This document shows positions 7,830 through 16,604 of a DNA stretch of 32,000 nt, piece by piece (position 1 is the first letter of the stretch; each line of letters opens with the position of its first letter). A program made the position numbers and the translations under genes. This DNA is from Pseudomonas aeruginosa. Lineage in GTDB: Bacteria > Pseudomonadota > Gammaproteobacteria > Pseudomonadales > Pseudomonadaceae. The stretch spans positions 4,890,001 through 4,922,000 of the forward strand of contig NZ_LN831024.1 in the NCBI RefSeq assembly GCF_001457615.1. The letters are read 5' to 3'. The notes under the pieces are model-generated. The model saw only the letters and a list, made by a program, of their open reading frames with translations. It had not been told where the DNA came from and searched no databases.

Positions 7830-9353
7830 ATGGCCGTGATCAAGCAAGACGACCTGATCCAGAGCGTCGCCGATGCCCTGCAGTTCATCTCCTACTACCA
7901 CCCGGTCGATTTCATCCAGGCCATGCATGAGGCCTACCTGCGCGAAGAATCGCCGGCTGCCCGCGACTCCATGGCGCAGATCCTGATCAACTCGCGCATG
8001 TGCGCCACCGGCCACCGCCCGATCTGCCAGGACACCGGGATCGTCACCGTGTTCGTCCGGGTCGGCATGGACGTGCGCTGGGACGGCGCTACCATGAGCG
8101 TCGACGATATGATCAACGAAGGCGTGCGCCGCGCCTACAACCTGCCGGAGAACGTCCTGCGCGCCTCGATCCTGGCCGACCCGGCCGGCGCGCGGAAGAA
8201 CACCAAGGACAACACGCCGGCGGTGATCCACTACTCCATCGTTCCCGGCGACAAGGTCGAGGTCGATGTCGCGGCCAAGGGCGGCGGCTCGGAGAACAAG
8301 TCGAAGATGGCCATGCTCAACCCGTCCGACTCGATCGTCGACTGGGTGCTGAAGACCGTACCGACCATGGGCGCCGGCTGGTGCCCGCCGGGCATGCTCG
8401 GCATCGGCATCGGCGGTACCGCGGAGAAAGCAGCGGTGATGGCGAAGGAGGTCCTCATGGACCCGATCGACATCCACGAACTGAAGGCCCGCGGCCCGCA
8501 GAACCGCATCGAGGAACTGCGCCTGGAGCTGTTCGAGAAGGTCAACCAGCTGGGCATCGGTGCCCAGGGCCTGGGCGGCCTGACCACCGTGCTCGACGTC
8601 AAGATCATGGACTACCCGACCCACGCCGCCTCGCTGCCGGTGTGCATGATCCCCAACTGCGCCGCGACCCGCCACGCCCACTTCGTGCTCGACGGCTCCG
8701 GCCCCGCCGAACTGGAAGCGCCGTCGCTCGACGCCTACCCGGAGATCGTCTGGGAAGCCGGCCCGTCCGCGCGCCGCGTCGACCTGGACAAGATCACCCC
8801 GGAAGAGGTGCAAAGCTGGAAACCGGGCGAGACCCTGCTGCTCAACGGCAAGATGCTCACCGGCCGCGACGCCGCGCACAAGCGCATGGTCGACATGCTG
8901 AACAAGGGCGAAACGCTGCCGGTGGACCTGAAAGGCCGCTTCATCTATTACGTCGGCCCGGTCGATCCGGTCGGCGACGAGGTGGTCGGCCCGGCCGGTC
9001 CCACCACCGCCACCCGGATGGACAAGTTCACCCGCCAGATCCTCGAACAGACCGGCCTGCTGGGCATGATCGGCAAGTCCGAGCGCGGTCCCATCGCCAT
9101 CGAGGCGATCAAGGACAACAAGGCGGTATACCTGATGGCCGTCGGCGGCGCCGCCTACCTGGTCGCCCAGGCGATCAAGAAGTCCAAGGTGCTGGCCTTC
9201 GCCGAACTGGGCATGGAAGCGATCTACGAGTTCGAGGTGAAGGACATGCCGGTCACCGTCGCGGTTGACACCAACGGCGAGTCGGTGCACATCACCGGCC
9301 CGGCGGTCTGGCAGAAGAAGATCGCCGAAAGCCTGGCGGTCGAGGTCAAGTAA
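7830..9353 (+). CDS. Class I (4Fe-4S) fumarate hydratase
   Basis: 507 aa; MAVIKQDDLIQSVADALQFISYYHPVDFIQ..., CQDTGIVTVFVRVG, GIGIGGTAEKAAVMAKE, PTTATRMDKFT; typical FumA/FumB-type architecture. Confidence 0.93.
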   Translation: MAVIKQDDLIQSVADALQFISYYHPVDFIQAMHEAYLREESPAARDSMAQILINSRMCATGHRPICQDTGIVTVFVRVGMDVRWDGATMSVDDMINEGVRRAYNLPENVLRASILADPAGARKNTKDNTPAVIHYSIVPGDKVEVDVAAKGGGSENKSKMAMLNPSDSIVDWVLKTVPTMGAGWCPPGMLGIGIGGTAEKAAVMAKEVLMDPIDIHELKARGPQNRIEELRLELFEKVNQLGIGAQGLGGLTTVLDVKIMDYPTHAASLPVCMIPNCAATRHAHFVLDGSGPAELEAPSLDAYPEIVWEAGPSARRVDLDKITPEEVQSWKPGETLLLNGKMLTGRDAAHKRMVDMLNKGETLPVDLKGRFIYYVGPVDPVGDEVVGPAGPTTATRMDKFTRQILEQTGLLGMIGKSERGPIAIEAIKDNKAVYLMAVGGAAYLVAQAIKKSKVLAFAELGMEAIYEFEVKDMPVTVAVDTNGESVHITGPAVWQKKIAESLAVEVK

Positions 9354-9369
9354 GCCTGCTCCGTCCCTG

Positions 9370-9399
9370 AAAAAGCCCGGCCCCGCGCCGGGCTTTTTC
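9370..9399 (+). terminator. Rho-independent terminator after fumarase gene
   Basis: AAAAAGCCCGGccccgcgCCGGGCTTTTT: perfect stem with T-tract, 16 nt after the fumarase stop; may serve both strands. Confidence 0.9.
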
Positions 9400-9449
9400 G
9401 TACGGCCACTGGCCGGAGCCTGGGCTGGCAGCGCCGCAGGCGCCTTGGT

Positions 9450-10769
9450 TCAGCCGAACCAGAAATACAGCAGGGTCAGGTTCGCCGCCGAGATCAGGCC
9501 GAACAACGACCAGGCCAGCGCGCTGACCCAGCGCGGGTTGACGAACTCCCCCATGAGGCCCCGGTCGCTGCTGAAGCGAATCAGCGGCCACAGGGCGAAC
9601 GGCAATTGCAGGCTGAGCACCACCTGGCTGAGCACCAGCAGCTTGCCTACCGCGCCTTCGCCCAGCCAGAGCACGCCGATCAAGGCCGGCACCAGGGCCA
9701 GGCCGCGGGTGATCAGGCGCCGCTGCCAGCAGGGAATCTTCGCCCGGAGGAAACCCTCCATCACCACCTGCCCGGCAATGGTGCCGGTGAAGGTCGAGCT
9801 CTGCCCCGCCGCCAGCAGGGCGAAGCCGAACAGGAAGCTGGCCAGGGCGCCGCCCACCAACGGGTCGAGCAGGTGGTAGGCGTCCTGGATCTCCACCACC
9901 TCGGTATGGCCGCTACCGTGGAAAGCCGCGGCGGCGAGGATCAGGATCGCCGCATTGACCAGCAGCGCCAGGGACAGCGAGCCGATGGTGTCGAGCCGGG
10001 AAAAGCGGATCGCCGAGCGTTTGCTCGCCGCGTCGTCGCCGCTGACCCGGGTCTGCACCACGGACGAATGCAGGTAGAGGTTGTGCGGCATCACCGTCGC
10101 GCCGAGGATGCCGATCGCCAGGTACAGCGGCTCCTGGCTGCTCAGGGTGTCCCAGGACGGCCGCAAGCCGGCGGCGACATCCGGCCAGTAGGGGCCGATC
10201 AGCACCAGTTCGACGAAGAAACACGCGCCGATGGTCGCGATCAGCCCCAGCACTATGGCCTCCAGGCGGCGGAAGTTGGCGCCCTGCAGGGCCAGCACGA
10301 TCAGGGTATCGAAGGCGGTGAGGACCACCCCGGTGGTAATCGAGACTCCCAGCAGCAGGTGGAAGGCCAGCGCCGCGCCGAGCACCTCGGCAAGGTCGGT
10401 AGCGACGATCGACAGTTCCGCCAGCAGCCATTGGCCACGCGCCACGCCAGGGCGGTAGCGCTCCCGGGAGAGCTGCGCGAGGTCGCGGCCGGTGGCGATG
10501 CCCAGGCGCGAACAGAGGCTTTGCAGGAGCATCCCGGAAAAGCTCGCCAGCACCACTACGAACAGCAGCGCGTAGCCGAAGCGCGAGCCCGCCTCGATGG
10601 CGGTGGCCCAGTTGCCGGGGTCCATGTAGCCGACCGAGACCAGCAGGCCGGGGCCGATGAACAGCGCCAGCTTGCGCAGCGGCGAGGCGTCGGCCGGCAC
10701 CGCCACGCTGTGGCTGACCGCCGAGGGACAGAACGGCGCGGTGGCCGTGGTGGGCAGGGAGTATTTCAC
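9450..10769 (-). CDS. mntH: NRAMP-family divalent metal (Mn2+/Fe2+) transporter
   Basis: FIGPGLLVSVGYMDPGNWATAIEAGSRFGYALL (DPGN motif), GATVMPHNLYLHSSVVQTR (MPH motif), 11-TM composition; probable GTG start. Confidence 0.9.
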   Translation of the reverse strand: MKYSLPTTATAPFCPSAVSHSVAVPADASPLRKLALFIGPGLLVSVGYMDPGNWATAIEAGSRFGYALLFVVVLASFSGMLLQSLCSRLGIATGRDLAQLSRERYRPGVARGQWLLAELSIVATDLAEVLGAALAFHLLLGVSITTGVVLTAFDTLIVLALQGANFRRLEAIVLGLIATIGACFFVELVLIGPYWPDVAAGLRPSWDTLSSQEPLYLAIGILGATVMPHNLYLHSSVVQTRVSGDDAASKRSAIRFSRLDTIGSLSLALLVNAAILILAAAAFHGSGHTEVVEIQDAYHLLDPLVGGALASFLFGFALLAAGQSSTFTGTIAGQVVMEGFLRAKIPCWQRRLITRGLALVPALIGVLWLGEGAVGKLLVLSQVVLSLQLPFALWPLIRFSSDRGLMGEFVNPRWVSALAWSLFGLISAANLTLLYFWFG

Positions 10770-10841
10770 GAGGCGACGCCGGATCGGGGGAGGAAGTGCG
10801 ACCAGCCTAAACGTTTCACCCCGGTCGCGTCTTCCCTCGCC

Positions 10842-11150
10842 TCAGGCCTGGGCGCGCTGGCCGACCAGGCTCAGCTCGGCGACTTTCTCGCGCCGCTGCG
10901 CCAGGTAGCGGGTGCAACTGACACGCAGGAAGGAGGCGAAGTTGAGCACCTCGCCGCGATAGTCCATCACTTCCTCGTAGAGATTGGTGATCAACTGGTT
11001 GGTGCTCAGGCCCTCGCCTTCGGCGATTTCCCGGAGGATGTCCCAGAACTGGTTCTCCAGGCGCAGGGTGGTCACCACCCCGCGGATGCGCAAGGAACGC
11101 GAGCGCGATTCATAGAGGATCGGATCGGCTTTCACATAGAGTTCGCACAT
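10842..11150 (-). CDS. Ribbon-helix-helix domain protein (arylsulfotransferase-regulator/RHH_4-like)
   Basis: MCELYVKADPILYESRSRSLRIRGVVTTLRLENQFWDILREIAEGEGLSTNQLITNLYEEV; start CAT at 11148-11150; 102 aa. Confidence 0.8.
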   Translation of the reverse strand: MCELYVKADPILYESRSRSLRIRGVVTTLRLENQFWDILREIAEGEGLSTNQLITNLYEEVMDYRGEVLNFASFLRVSCTRYLAQRREKVAELSLVGQRAQA

Positions 11151-11170
11151 GCGCGGGGGTCTCCTGTGTC

Positions 11171-11752
11171 TCAGTGGCTGATGCGGGTGCCGAGCGCCTC
11201 GAGGAAGCGCGCCAGCCACGCCGGATGCGCCGGCCAGGCCGGCGCGGTAACCAGGTGACCGTCGACGTGGGCCTGGTCCGGCGGAAGGTCGACGTACTCG
11301 CCGCCGGCCAGCCGCACCTCCGGGGCGCAGGCCGGATAGGCGCTGCACGCCCGCCCTTGCAGGACGCCGGCGGCGGCCAGCAGCTGGGCGCCATGGCAGA
11401 CCGCGGCGATCGGCTTGCGCGCGGCGTCGAAGTCACGCACCAGAGCCAGCACCTGCTCGTTCAGGCGCAGGTATTCGGGGGCGCGGCCGCCGGGGATCAG
11501 CAGGGCATCGTAATCCTCGGCGCGGGCCTGGGCAAAGTCGGCATTGAGGGTGAAGTTGTGGCCCGGCTTCTCGCTGTAGGTCTGGTCGCCTTCGAAATCG
11601 TGGATGGCGGTGCGCACGCTTTGCCCGGCCCGCTTGTCCGGACACACCGCATGCACCTGGTGGCCCACCATCTGCAGGGCCTGGAACGGGACCATGGTTT
11701 CGTAGTCTTCGGCATAGTCGCCGACCAGCATCAGGATCTTCTTCGCAGCCAT
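11171..11752 (-). CDS. DJ-1/PfpI family protein (glutamine-amidotransferase-like fold)
   Basis: [40 protein letters not shown]..., [34 protein letters not shown] (nucleophile elbow Cys-His). Confidence 0.92.
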   Translation of the reverse strand: MAAKKILMLVGDYAEDYETMVPFQALQMVGHQVHAVCPDKRAGQSVRTAIHDFEGDQTYSEKPGHNFTLNADFAQARAEDYDALLIPGGRAPEYLRLNEQVLALVRDFDAARKPIAAVCHGAQLLAAAGVLQGRACSAYPACAPEVRLAGGEYVDLPPDQAHVDGHLVTAPAWPAHPAWLARFLEALGTRISH

Positions 11753-11858
11753 CACGCGCACTCCTTCGGGCAGGGCCCGGTCATACCGGGGATGCACCTA
11801 AGGTAGCCAATCCGCAGGGGGACGCGGGTAATAGACGGTTACTACACGCGTGCTGGGT

Positions 11859-12470
11859 TCAGATGCCGATCTTGTCCAGGGCCCGCCCGACGCCTTCCCA
11901 GAACGAGCGCTGCACGCGTTTCCGGTAGCCGCTGGCGGCGAACTGCATGGGCTCCTGAACCTGGTGGGTAGCGCCGATTTCCGCAGCGCCGAGATCGGCC
12001 GCCACCAATTGCAGCGGGCCATCGCCCTCACCCGCCGGGTGCTCGCTCTTCGGTGGCGGGTTGAGTTCGTCGTAGCGCAGGTAGTAGACCGAGCCGGCCC
12101 TGGCCTCGAGCATGAAGCTGGCGATGCGGGTGAAATCCATCGGACCGTCGGCGAACAGGGTCCAGAAGCTGCCCGCCAGCGGCCGGCGCATTTCCAGCTT
12201 GTAGCTGCCGGTCTCGAACTCGAACGCCAGGTAGCCGTTGCTCGGTAGGCTGCCGATCAGTTCGTTGTTGAGGAAGATCCCCGGCGCCTCGAGTTCCTCG
12301 TCCGCCCACTGGCTCCGCGGACGGTAGAGGTAGACGGTGGCGTGGCTGGCATCGGCGCTCGGATGGGCGACGAAGGCCGGTCCGTCCACCGCACCGAAGA
12401 ACGCGCCGGGCGTGCTGCAGCCGACCAGGCTCGCGACGATCGACAGGGCCAGCGACAGGCTGCGCAGCAT
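11859..12470 (-). CDS. DUF2846-like lipoprotein
   Basis: Signal and lipobox MLRSLSLALSIVASLVGC; ATVYLYRPRSQWADEELEAPGIFLNNELIGSLPSNGYLAFEFETGSYKLE. Confidence 0.82.
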   Translation of the reverse strand: MLRSLSLALSIVASLVGCSTPGAFFGAVDGPAFVAHPSADASHATVYLYRPRSQWADEELEAPGIFLNNELIGSLPSNGYLAFEFETGSYKLEMRRPLAGSFWTLFADGPMDFTRIASFMLEARAGSVYYLRYDELNPPPKSEHPAGEGDGPLQLVAADLGAAEIGATHQVQEPMQFAASGYRKRVQRSFWEGVGRALDKIGI

Positions 12471-12563
12471 GCTCCATCCCTCTTCTTATGGTTATCCGCG
12501 CAGCATAACCAGCCGGGCCGGGCCTGCCACCCGTCGAAAGTCCGGTTCTCCGGGAGAACGGCC

Positions 12564-13844
12564 TCAGGCCGGGCGCGGCACCTTGGCCAGCGCCGGCGCC
12601 GGCATCAGCCGGCGCACCAGCCACTTGCGCACCGGCACCACGCCGCGCTCCTGGAACAGCACGCAGAACGCCACCAGCAGGACCAGGAACAGCGGGTAGT
12701 AGAGCAGCGACGATGGCAGCGCGGCCGCCGCCTCGGTGCAGGCGCGCCAGTCGTCGAGACAACGCCCCGGCACGGCGATAAGGCGCTCGCTACGGGAGAA
12801 CAGGGTGAACATCGGCACATGCAGGGCGAACAGCGACAGCGAGGCGGCCCCCAGGCGCGGCGACCAGTGGCGGACGAAAGCGCTCTTCGGGTCGGCGGGC
12901 AGCGCGCAAAGGCACACCAGCAGCAACTGGGCCGGCAGCAGCAGGCCGTTGTGCAGCAGGAAGTACCAATGTTTGGCGCCCTGGGTGAACAGGTAGTCGG
13001 CCACCAGGAAGGCCGCCACCACCAGCGCCACCAGCGCGGCCAGCAGGCCGCGTCCCGGCACCATGCCACGGTCGCGGTAGCCGCGGAACAACCCGTAGGC
13101 CAGGATGCCGCCAAGGAATTCCGGCAGGCGCAGCAACGGATTGCGGTGCAGCAGGCCGGTCCAGGGGATCCCGTAGCTCTCGCTGGCCACTACCAGCGCC
13201 GGCGGGATCAGGTAGACCAGCCAGACCAGCGCCAGCACCTTCCACTTGTGCCGGCTGCGCATCAGCCGCGGGGCGACGAAGGGAAACGCCAGGTAGAAGA
13301 ACATCAGCGTCGACAGCGACCACAACGGCGCGTTGAAGGTCAGGTAATAGGGATTCCAGGCCTGCAGCAGGAGGATCTGCAGGATGCTGTTGACGAACAG
13401 TTCGGTGTTGCTCATCCAGTGCAGGAAGAGTTCCGGGTGGGTGCGGCCGAGCACTTCGTTGGTGTCGTAGATGACGAAGCGCGGGGTGGCCTTGTCCAGC
13501 TCGGGACCGATTCCCAGGTGGCTGAGGGCCAGCAACACCAGGATCGACAGCAGCAGGGAGAACAGGTGCAACGGATAGAGATTGGACAGTCGCTTGGTCC
13601 AGAAACTGCGGGCGCTTTCGCGCAACCGGCCGCTGCGTGCGTAAACATGGGCCAGGAGGAAGCCGGAAAGCACGAAGAAGGTACTGGTGGCGAAGAACCC
13701 CAGGCTGGTCAGTTCGTCGAGACCGGGAAACTTCTGCTCTTTCGGATAGGTATGCAGGGTGTGGTACACCACCACGTACAGGCCGAGCAGGAAGCGCAAC
13801 CATTCCAGTCCGATGAAACGTTCCTTGGAGTCGGGCGTTGCCAC
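12564..13844 (-). CDS. Acyltransferase family 3 membrane protein (OafA/NodX-like)
   Basis: ERFIGLEWLRFLLGLYVVVYHTLHTY; LTSLGFFATSTFFVLSGFLLAHVY; WTKRLSNLYPLHLFSLLLS; multiple TM helices. GTG start (VATPDSKERF) at 13844 with RBS AAAGGAGA. Confidence 0.88.
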   Translation of the reverse strand: MATPDSKERFIGLEWLRFLLGLYVVVYHTLHTYPKEQKFPGLDELTSLGFFATSTFFVLSGFLLAHVYARSGRLRESARSFWTKRLSNLYPLHLFSLLLSILVLLALSHLGIGPELDKATPRFVIYDTNEVLGRTHPELFLHWMSNTELFVNSILQILLLQAWNPYYLTFNAPLWSLSTLMFFYLAFPFVAPRLMRSRHKWKVLALVWLVYLIPPALVVASESYGIPWTGLLHRNPLLRLPEFLGGILAYGLFRGYRDRGMVPGRGLLAALVALVVAAFLVADYLFTQGAKHWYFLLHNGLLLPAQLLLVCLCALPADPKSAFVRHWSPRLGAASLSLFALHVPMFTLFSRSERLIAVPGRCLDDWRACTEAAAALPSSLLYYPLFLVLLVAFCVLFQERGVVPVRKWLVRRLMPAPALAKVPRPA

Positions 13845-13943
13845 GCATCTCTCCTTTGTCATTGTAATGGGCGGTCCGGGGTAGACCCGCAAGCTCCCCG
13901 GCAAGTTTCACCGGGCCGGCCAGCGGCTACGAACGGCCGCTCC

Positions 13944-15101
13944 CTAGCGCCGGCGGTCGAGGAAATTCACCACTACCCGGTCAAGCCAACCCCACAGGCG
14001 CTGGTGCAGGCGCATCCACAGGGGTCGCGCGCGCCACATCGCCAGGGTCACCTCGCGGCTGTCGGCGAAGTCCGCCAGCAGGCTCGCCGCCGCCTCATTG
14101 GTGAAGTCCGGGTCGAGGGCCTCGAGATTGGCGTCGAGGTTGAAGCGTAGATTCCAATGATCGAAGTTGCAGGAGCCGACGCTCACCCAATCGTCGACCA
14201 TGACCATCTTCAGGTGCAGGAAGCGCGGCTGGTATTCGTGGATGCGCACGCCGGCGCGCAGCAGGCGCGGGTAGTAGCGCTGCCCGGCATAGCGCACCGG
14301 GGCGTGGTCGGTGAGCCGCCCGGCCAGCAGCAGGCGCACCTCCACGCCGCGCTGGGCGGCCTTGCGCAGGGCCCGGCGAACCTTCCAGGTCGGCAGGAAG
14401 TACGGCGTCGCCAGCCAGATCCGTCGGCGCGAGCCGTTCAGCGCGCGGACCAGCGATTGCAGGATGTCGCGGTGCTGGCGGGCGTCGGCGTAGGCCACCC
14501 GGCCCAACCCACGGGCCGCCCCCGGCTGCGGCGGAAGGCGGGTAAGGGTCATGCCCTCGCGGGGCTTCCAGGCTTTCTCTTCGAGACAGGCCAGCCATTG
14601 CCGTTCGAACAGCGCCGCCCAGTCCGCCACCACCGGGCCGTCCATCTCGACCATCACCTCGCGCCAGGCGCTGACGTCGCTGACCGGTTCCCAGAATTCG
14701 TCGGTGATCCCGGCGCCGCCGACATAACCGAGGCGCCCGTCCACCAGCAGCAGCTTGCGATGGTCGCGGTAGAGATTGCCGCCAGTCAGCTTCCAGCGCA
14801 GCGGGTTGTACAGCCGCAGTTCGCCGCCGGCCTCGCGCAGGCGCTGGATCCAGGCGCTGCCCAGGCCGAGGCAGCCGAAGCCGTCGAACAGGCAGCGCAC
14901 GGCGACGCCCCGGCGGCGGGCATCCAGCAGGGCGACGAGAAACAGTTCGGCGCAATGCCCGTCTTCCACCAGGTACAGCTCCAGCTCGATGCTCCGCTGC
15001 GCCGCCTCGATGGCCAGCAGCATGCGCGGGAAGAACCGCACGCCGTCATTGAGCAGGGCGAAGCGGTTGTCGCTGCGCCAGGGAAAGACCGGGCCGCTCA
15101 C
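13944..15101 (-). CDS. Phospholipase D-superfamily protein (cardiolipin synthase-like)
   Basis: Two HKD motifs: DHRKLLLVDGRLGYVGGAGITDEFW (as YRDHRKLLLVD) and LHLKMVMVDDWVSVGSCNFDHWNLRFN. Confidence 0.9.
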   Translation of the reverse strand: MSGPVFPWRSDNRFALLNDGVRFFPRMLLAIEAAQRSIELELYLVEDGHCAELFLVALLDARRRGVAVRCLFDGFGCLGLGSAWIQRLREAGGELRLYNPLRWKLTGGNLYRDHRKLLLVDGRLGYVGGAGITDEFWEPVSDVSAWREVMVEMDGPVVADWAALFERQWLACLEEKAWKPREGMTLTRLPPQPGAARGLGRVAYADARQHRDILQSLVRALNGSRRRIWLATPYFLPTWKVRRALRKAAQRGVEVRLLLAGRLTDHAPVRYAGQRYYPRLLRAGVRIHEYQPRFLHLKMVMVDDWVSVGSCNFDHWNLRFNLDANLEALDPDFTNEAAASLLADFADSREVTLAMWRARPLWMRLHQRLWGWLDRVVVNFLDRRR

Positions 15102-15670
15102 CGCGAAGTGAAGATCAGCACGGCGCCGACCGGCACCGAGAGCCCGATGCTGCCGGCGCCGGCCAGCTTGCGCAGGGTCTCGATGCCGGGGGCGAGGTCG
15201 AAGTCGGCGGCGTCCAGCACCAGCGGCGACAGGGTCACCACCTGGAAGCGATGCTCGTCCAGGCGGGTCACCAACAGGTCGCTGGCGTAGCTCTTGCGCT
15301 TGCCATGCAGGCTGACGGTCACCGGCTGGCGCATTTCCAGTTGCACGCCGTCGGCCAGCTCGACGATCGGCGCCAGGTCGAGCTGGGCGGTGATCTCCGC
15401 CTCGGCGAAGCGCTTGGTCTCGAACAGATGCTCGCGGATGCGTTCGTCGCGCAGCGGGATGTCGGTGCTCACCGAGTCCAGCTCGACGCGCAGGCGCGCC
15501 TGGCCCTTGTCGTCGACCTTGCCGTGCATGACCAGGAAGCGGCCGACTTCCGAAAGGGTAGCGTTCTTGGTGGAGATGAAACTGAGTCGCGACGACTCGT
15601 AGTCCAGGTACCAGGCGGCCTGGACCGGCAAGGCCAGGAGGGCCAGGCCGAGGCAGATCAACTTGTGCAT
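15098..15670 (-). CDS. YceI family secreted/periplasmic lipid-binding-like protein
   Basis: MHKLICLGLALLALPVQAAWYLDYESSRLSFISTKNATLSEVGRF...ISLYP-like lipocalin-type repeats; stop overlaps the PLD-like start (ATGA at 15098-15101). Confidence 0.88.
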   Translation of the reverse strand: MHKLICLGLALLALPVQAAWYLDYESSRLSFISTKNATLSEVGRFLVMHGKVDDKGQARLRVELDSVSTDIPLRDERIREHLFETKRFAEAEITAQLDLAPIVELADGVQLEMRQPVTVSLHGKRKSYASDLLVTRLDEHRFQVVTLSPLVLDAADFDLAPGIETLRKLAGAGSIGLSVPVGAVLIFTSR

Positions 15671-15734
15671 GCGGGCTCCCTTTGCGTCCGGCGCCACCTT
15701 AAACCGGCCGCCTGGGAGCAGGCAAACTCCCGCG

Positions 15735-16505
15735 TCAGTCGAGCGCGTGCTGCAACTGACTGACGGTATCGGCCAGGGTTCCCAGGTGCCGGCGGCGCAC
15801 CCGTTCGACGCAATCCTGGTCGCGCGGCCAGTGCAGCGCCACGCTGCCGAGCAGGCGACCCTGGGCGCGTACCGGCAAGGCCACCGCGCGGATCAGGAAC
15901 GGCAGGCGCACCGGATACTCCCAGTGTCCCTCGGTACGCTCGCCGTAGCCCTGGCCGTGGGCCTGCTCGCGGGTGCGCAACCAGAGGTCCTCGTCTACCT
16001 GGTGCTGGCGCGCCAGGCGGCGCACCTCGCTGTCTGCCAGTTCGCCCAGGCAGGCCTTGCCCATGGCCGAATGGAACAGGCTGGCGTGCTGGCCGACCAC
16101 CAGCCGGTTGGCCGGGTAGCGCTTGCGCAGGACGCCGGGCACCGAGCTTTCCGCCACCAGCAGGCGGTCGCCGTCGAGAATCGACAAATCGGCGACCAGC
16201 CCGGTGCGCTCGCTCAACTCCACCAGCAGCGGCGCGGAACGCTCCACCATCTGGCAGCGGAAGCGCTCGGCGGCGTCACCGTAGAGGCGGGTGGAACGCA
16301 GCCGGTAGCGCCGGTCGGTCAAGCCGCGGTACAGCCAGCCCTGCTCCAGCAGGGTATGCAGCAGCCGCGACACCGTGGCCTTGGGCAGTTCGGTCAGGTA
16401 ATGCAGTTCCTCGAGCCCCAGCGCCTGGTGCTGGCCCAGCAGATCGAGGATCGCCAGCGCCCGCTCCACCGAACGCACGGTTCCCGCCTCTTCTCTTTCC
16501 GGCAT
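15735..16505 (-). CDS. IclR-family transcriptional regulator
   Basis: TVRSVERALAILDLLGQHQALGLEELHYLTELPKATVSRLLHTLLEQGWLYRG; effector-binding domain with ASLFHSAMGKACLGELADSEV. Confidence 0.92.
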   Translation of the reverse strand: MPEREEAGTVRSVERALAILDLLGQHQALGLEELHYLTELPKATVSRLLHTLLEQGWLYRGLTDRRYRLRSTRLYGDAAERFRCQMVERSAPLLVELSERTGLVADLSILDGDRLLVAESSVPGVLRKRYPANRLVVGQHASLFHSAMGKACLGELADSEVRRLARQHQVDEDLWLRTREQAHGQGYGERTEGHWEYPVRLPFLIRAVALPVRAQGRLLGSVALHWPRDQDCVERVRRRHLGTLADTVSQLQHALD

Positions 16506-16604
16506 GACGACACCTCCACCGTCGACAGACCGTTATGGCAAAGCAAGATGCAGGCCCAGGTCATGTAGGAAGAATCTGCGAATACGCCAGCATTGCTCCG
16601 CGGC

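Noticed and set aside
7803-9290. 495-aa minus-strand ORF opposite fumarase
   Set aside because: Shadow ORF of the class I fumarase gene with His/Asp/Val-rich pseudo-protein sequence.
9606-11258. 550-aa + strand ORF opposite the NRAMP transporter and RHH gene
   Set aside because: Gln/Arg/Gly-rich artefact spanning two genes and an intergenic region on the other strand.
12545-12559. Inverted repeat GTTCTC-CGG-GAGAAC near the acyltransferase stop
   Set aside because: Perfect but short (6-bp arms), with a 3-nt loop and no T-tract; too weak to call a terminator or operator without further support.
12342-14150. 602-aa + strand ORF opposite the acyltransferase
   Set aside because: Gln/His-rich shadow ORF; the opposite strand encodes a clear acyltransferase-3 membrane protein.
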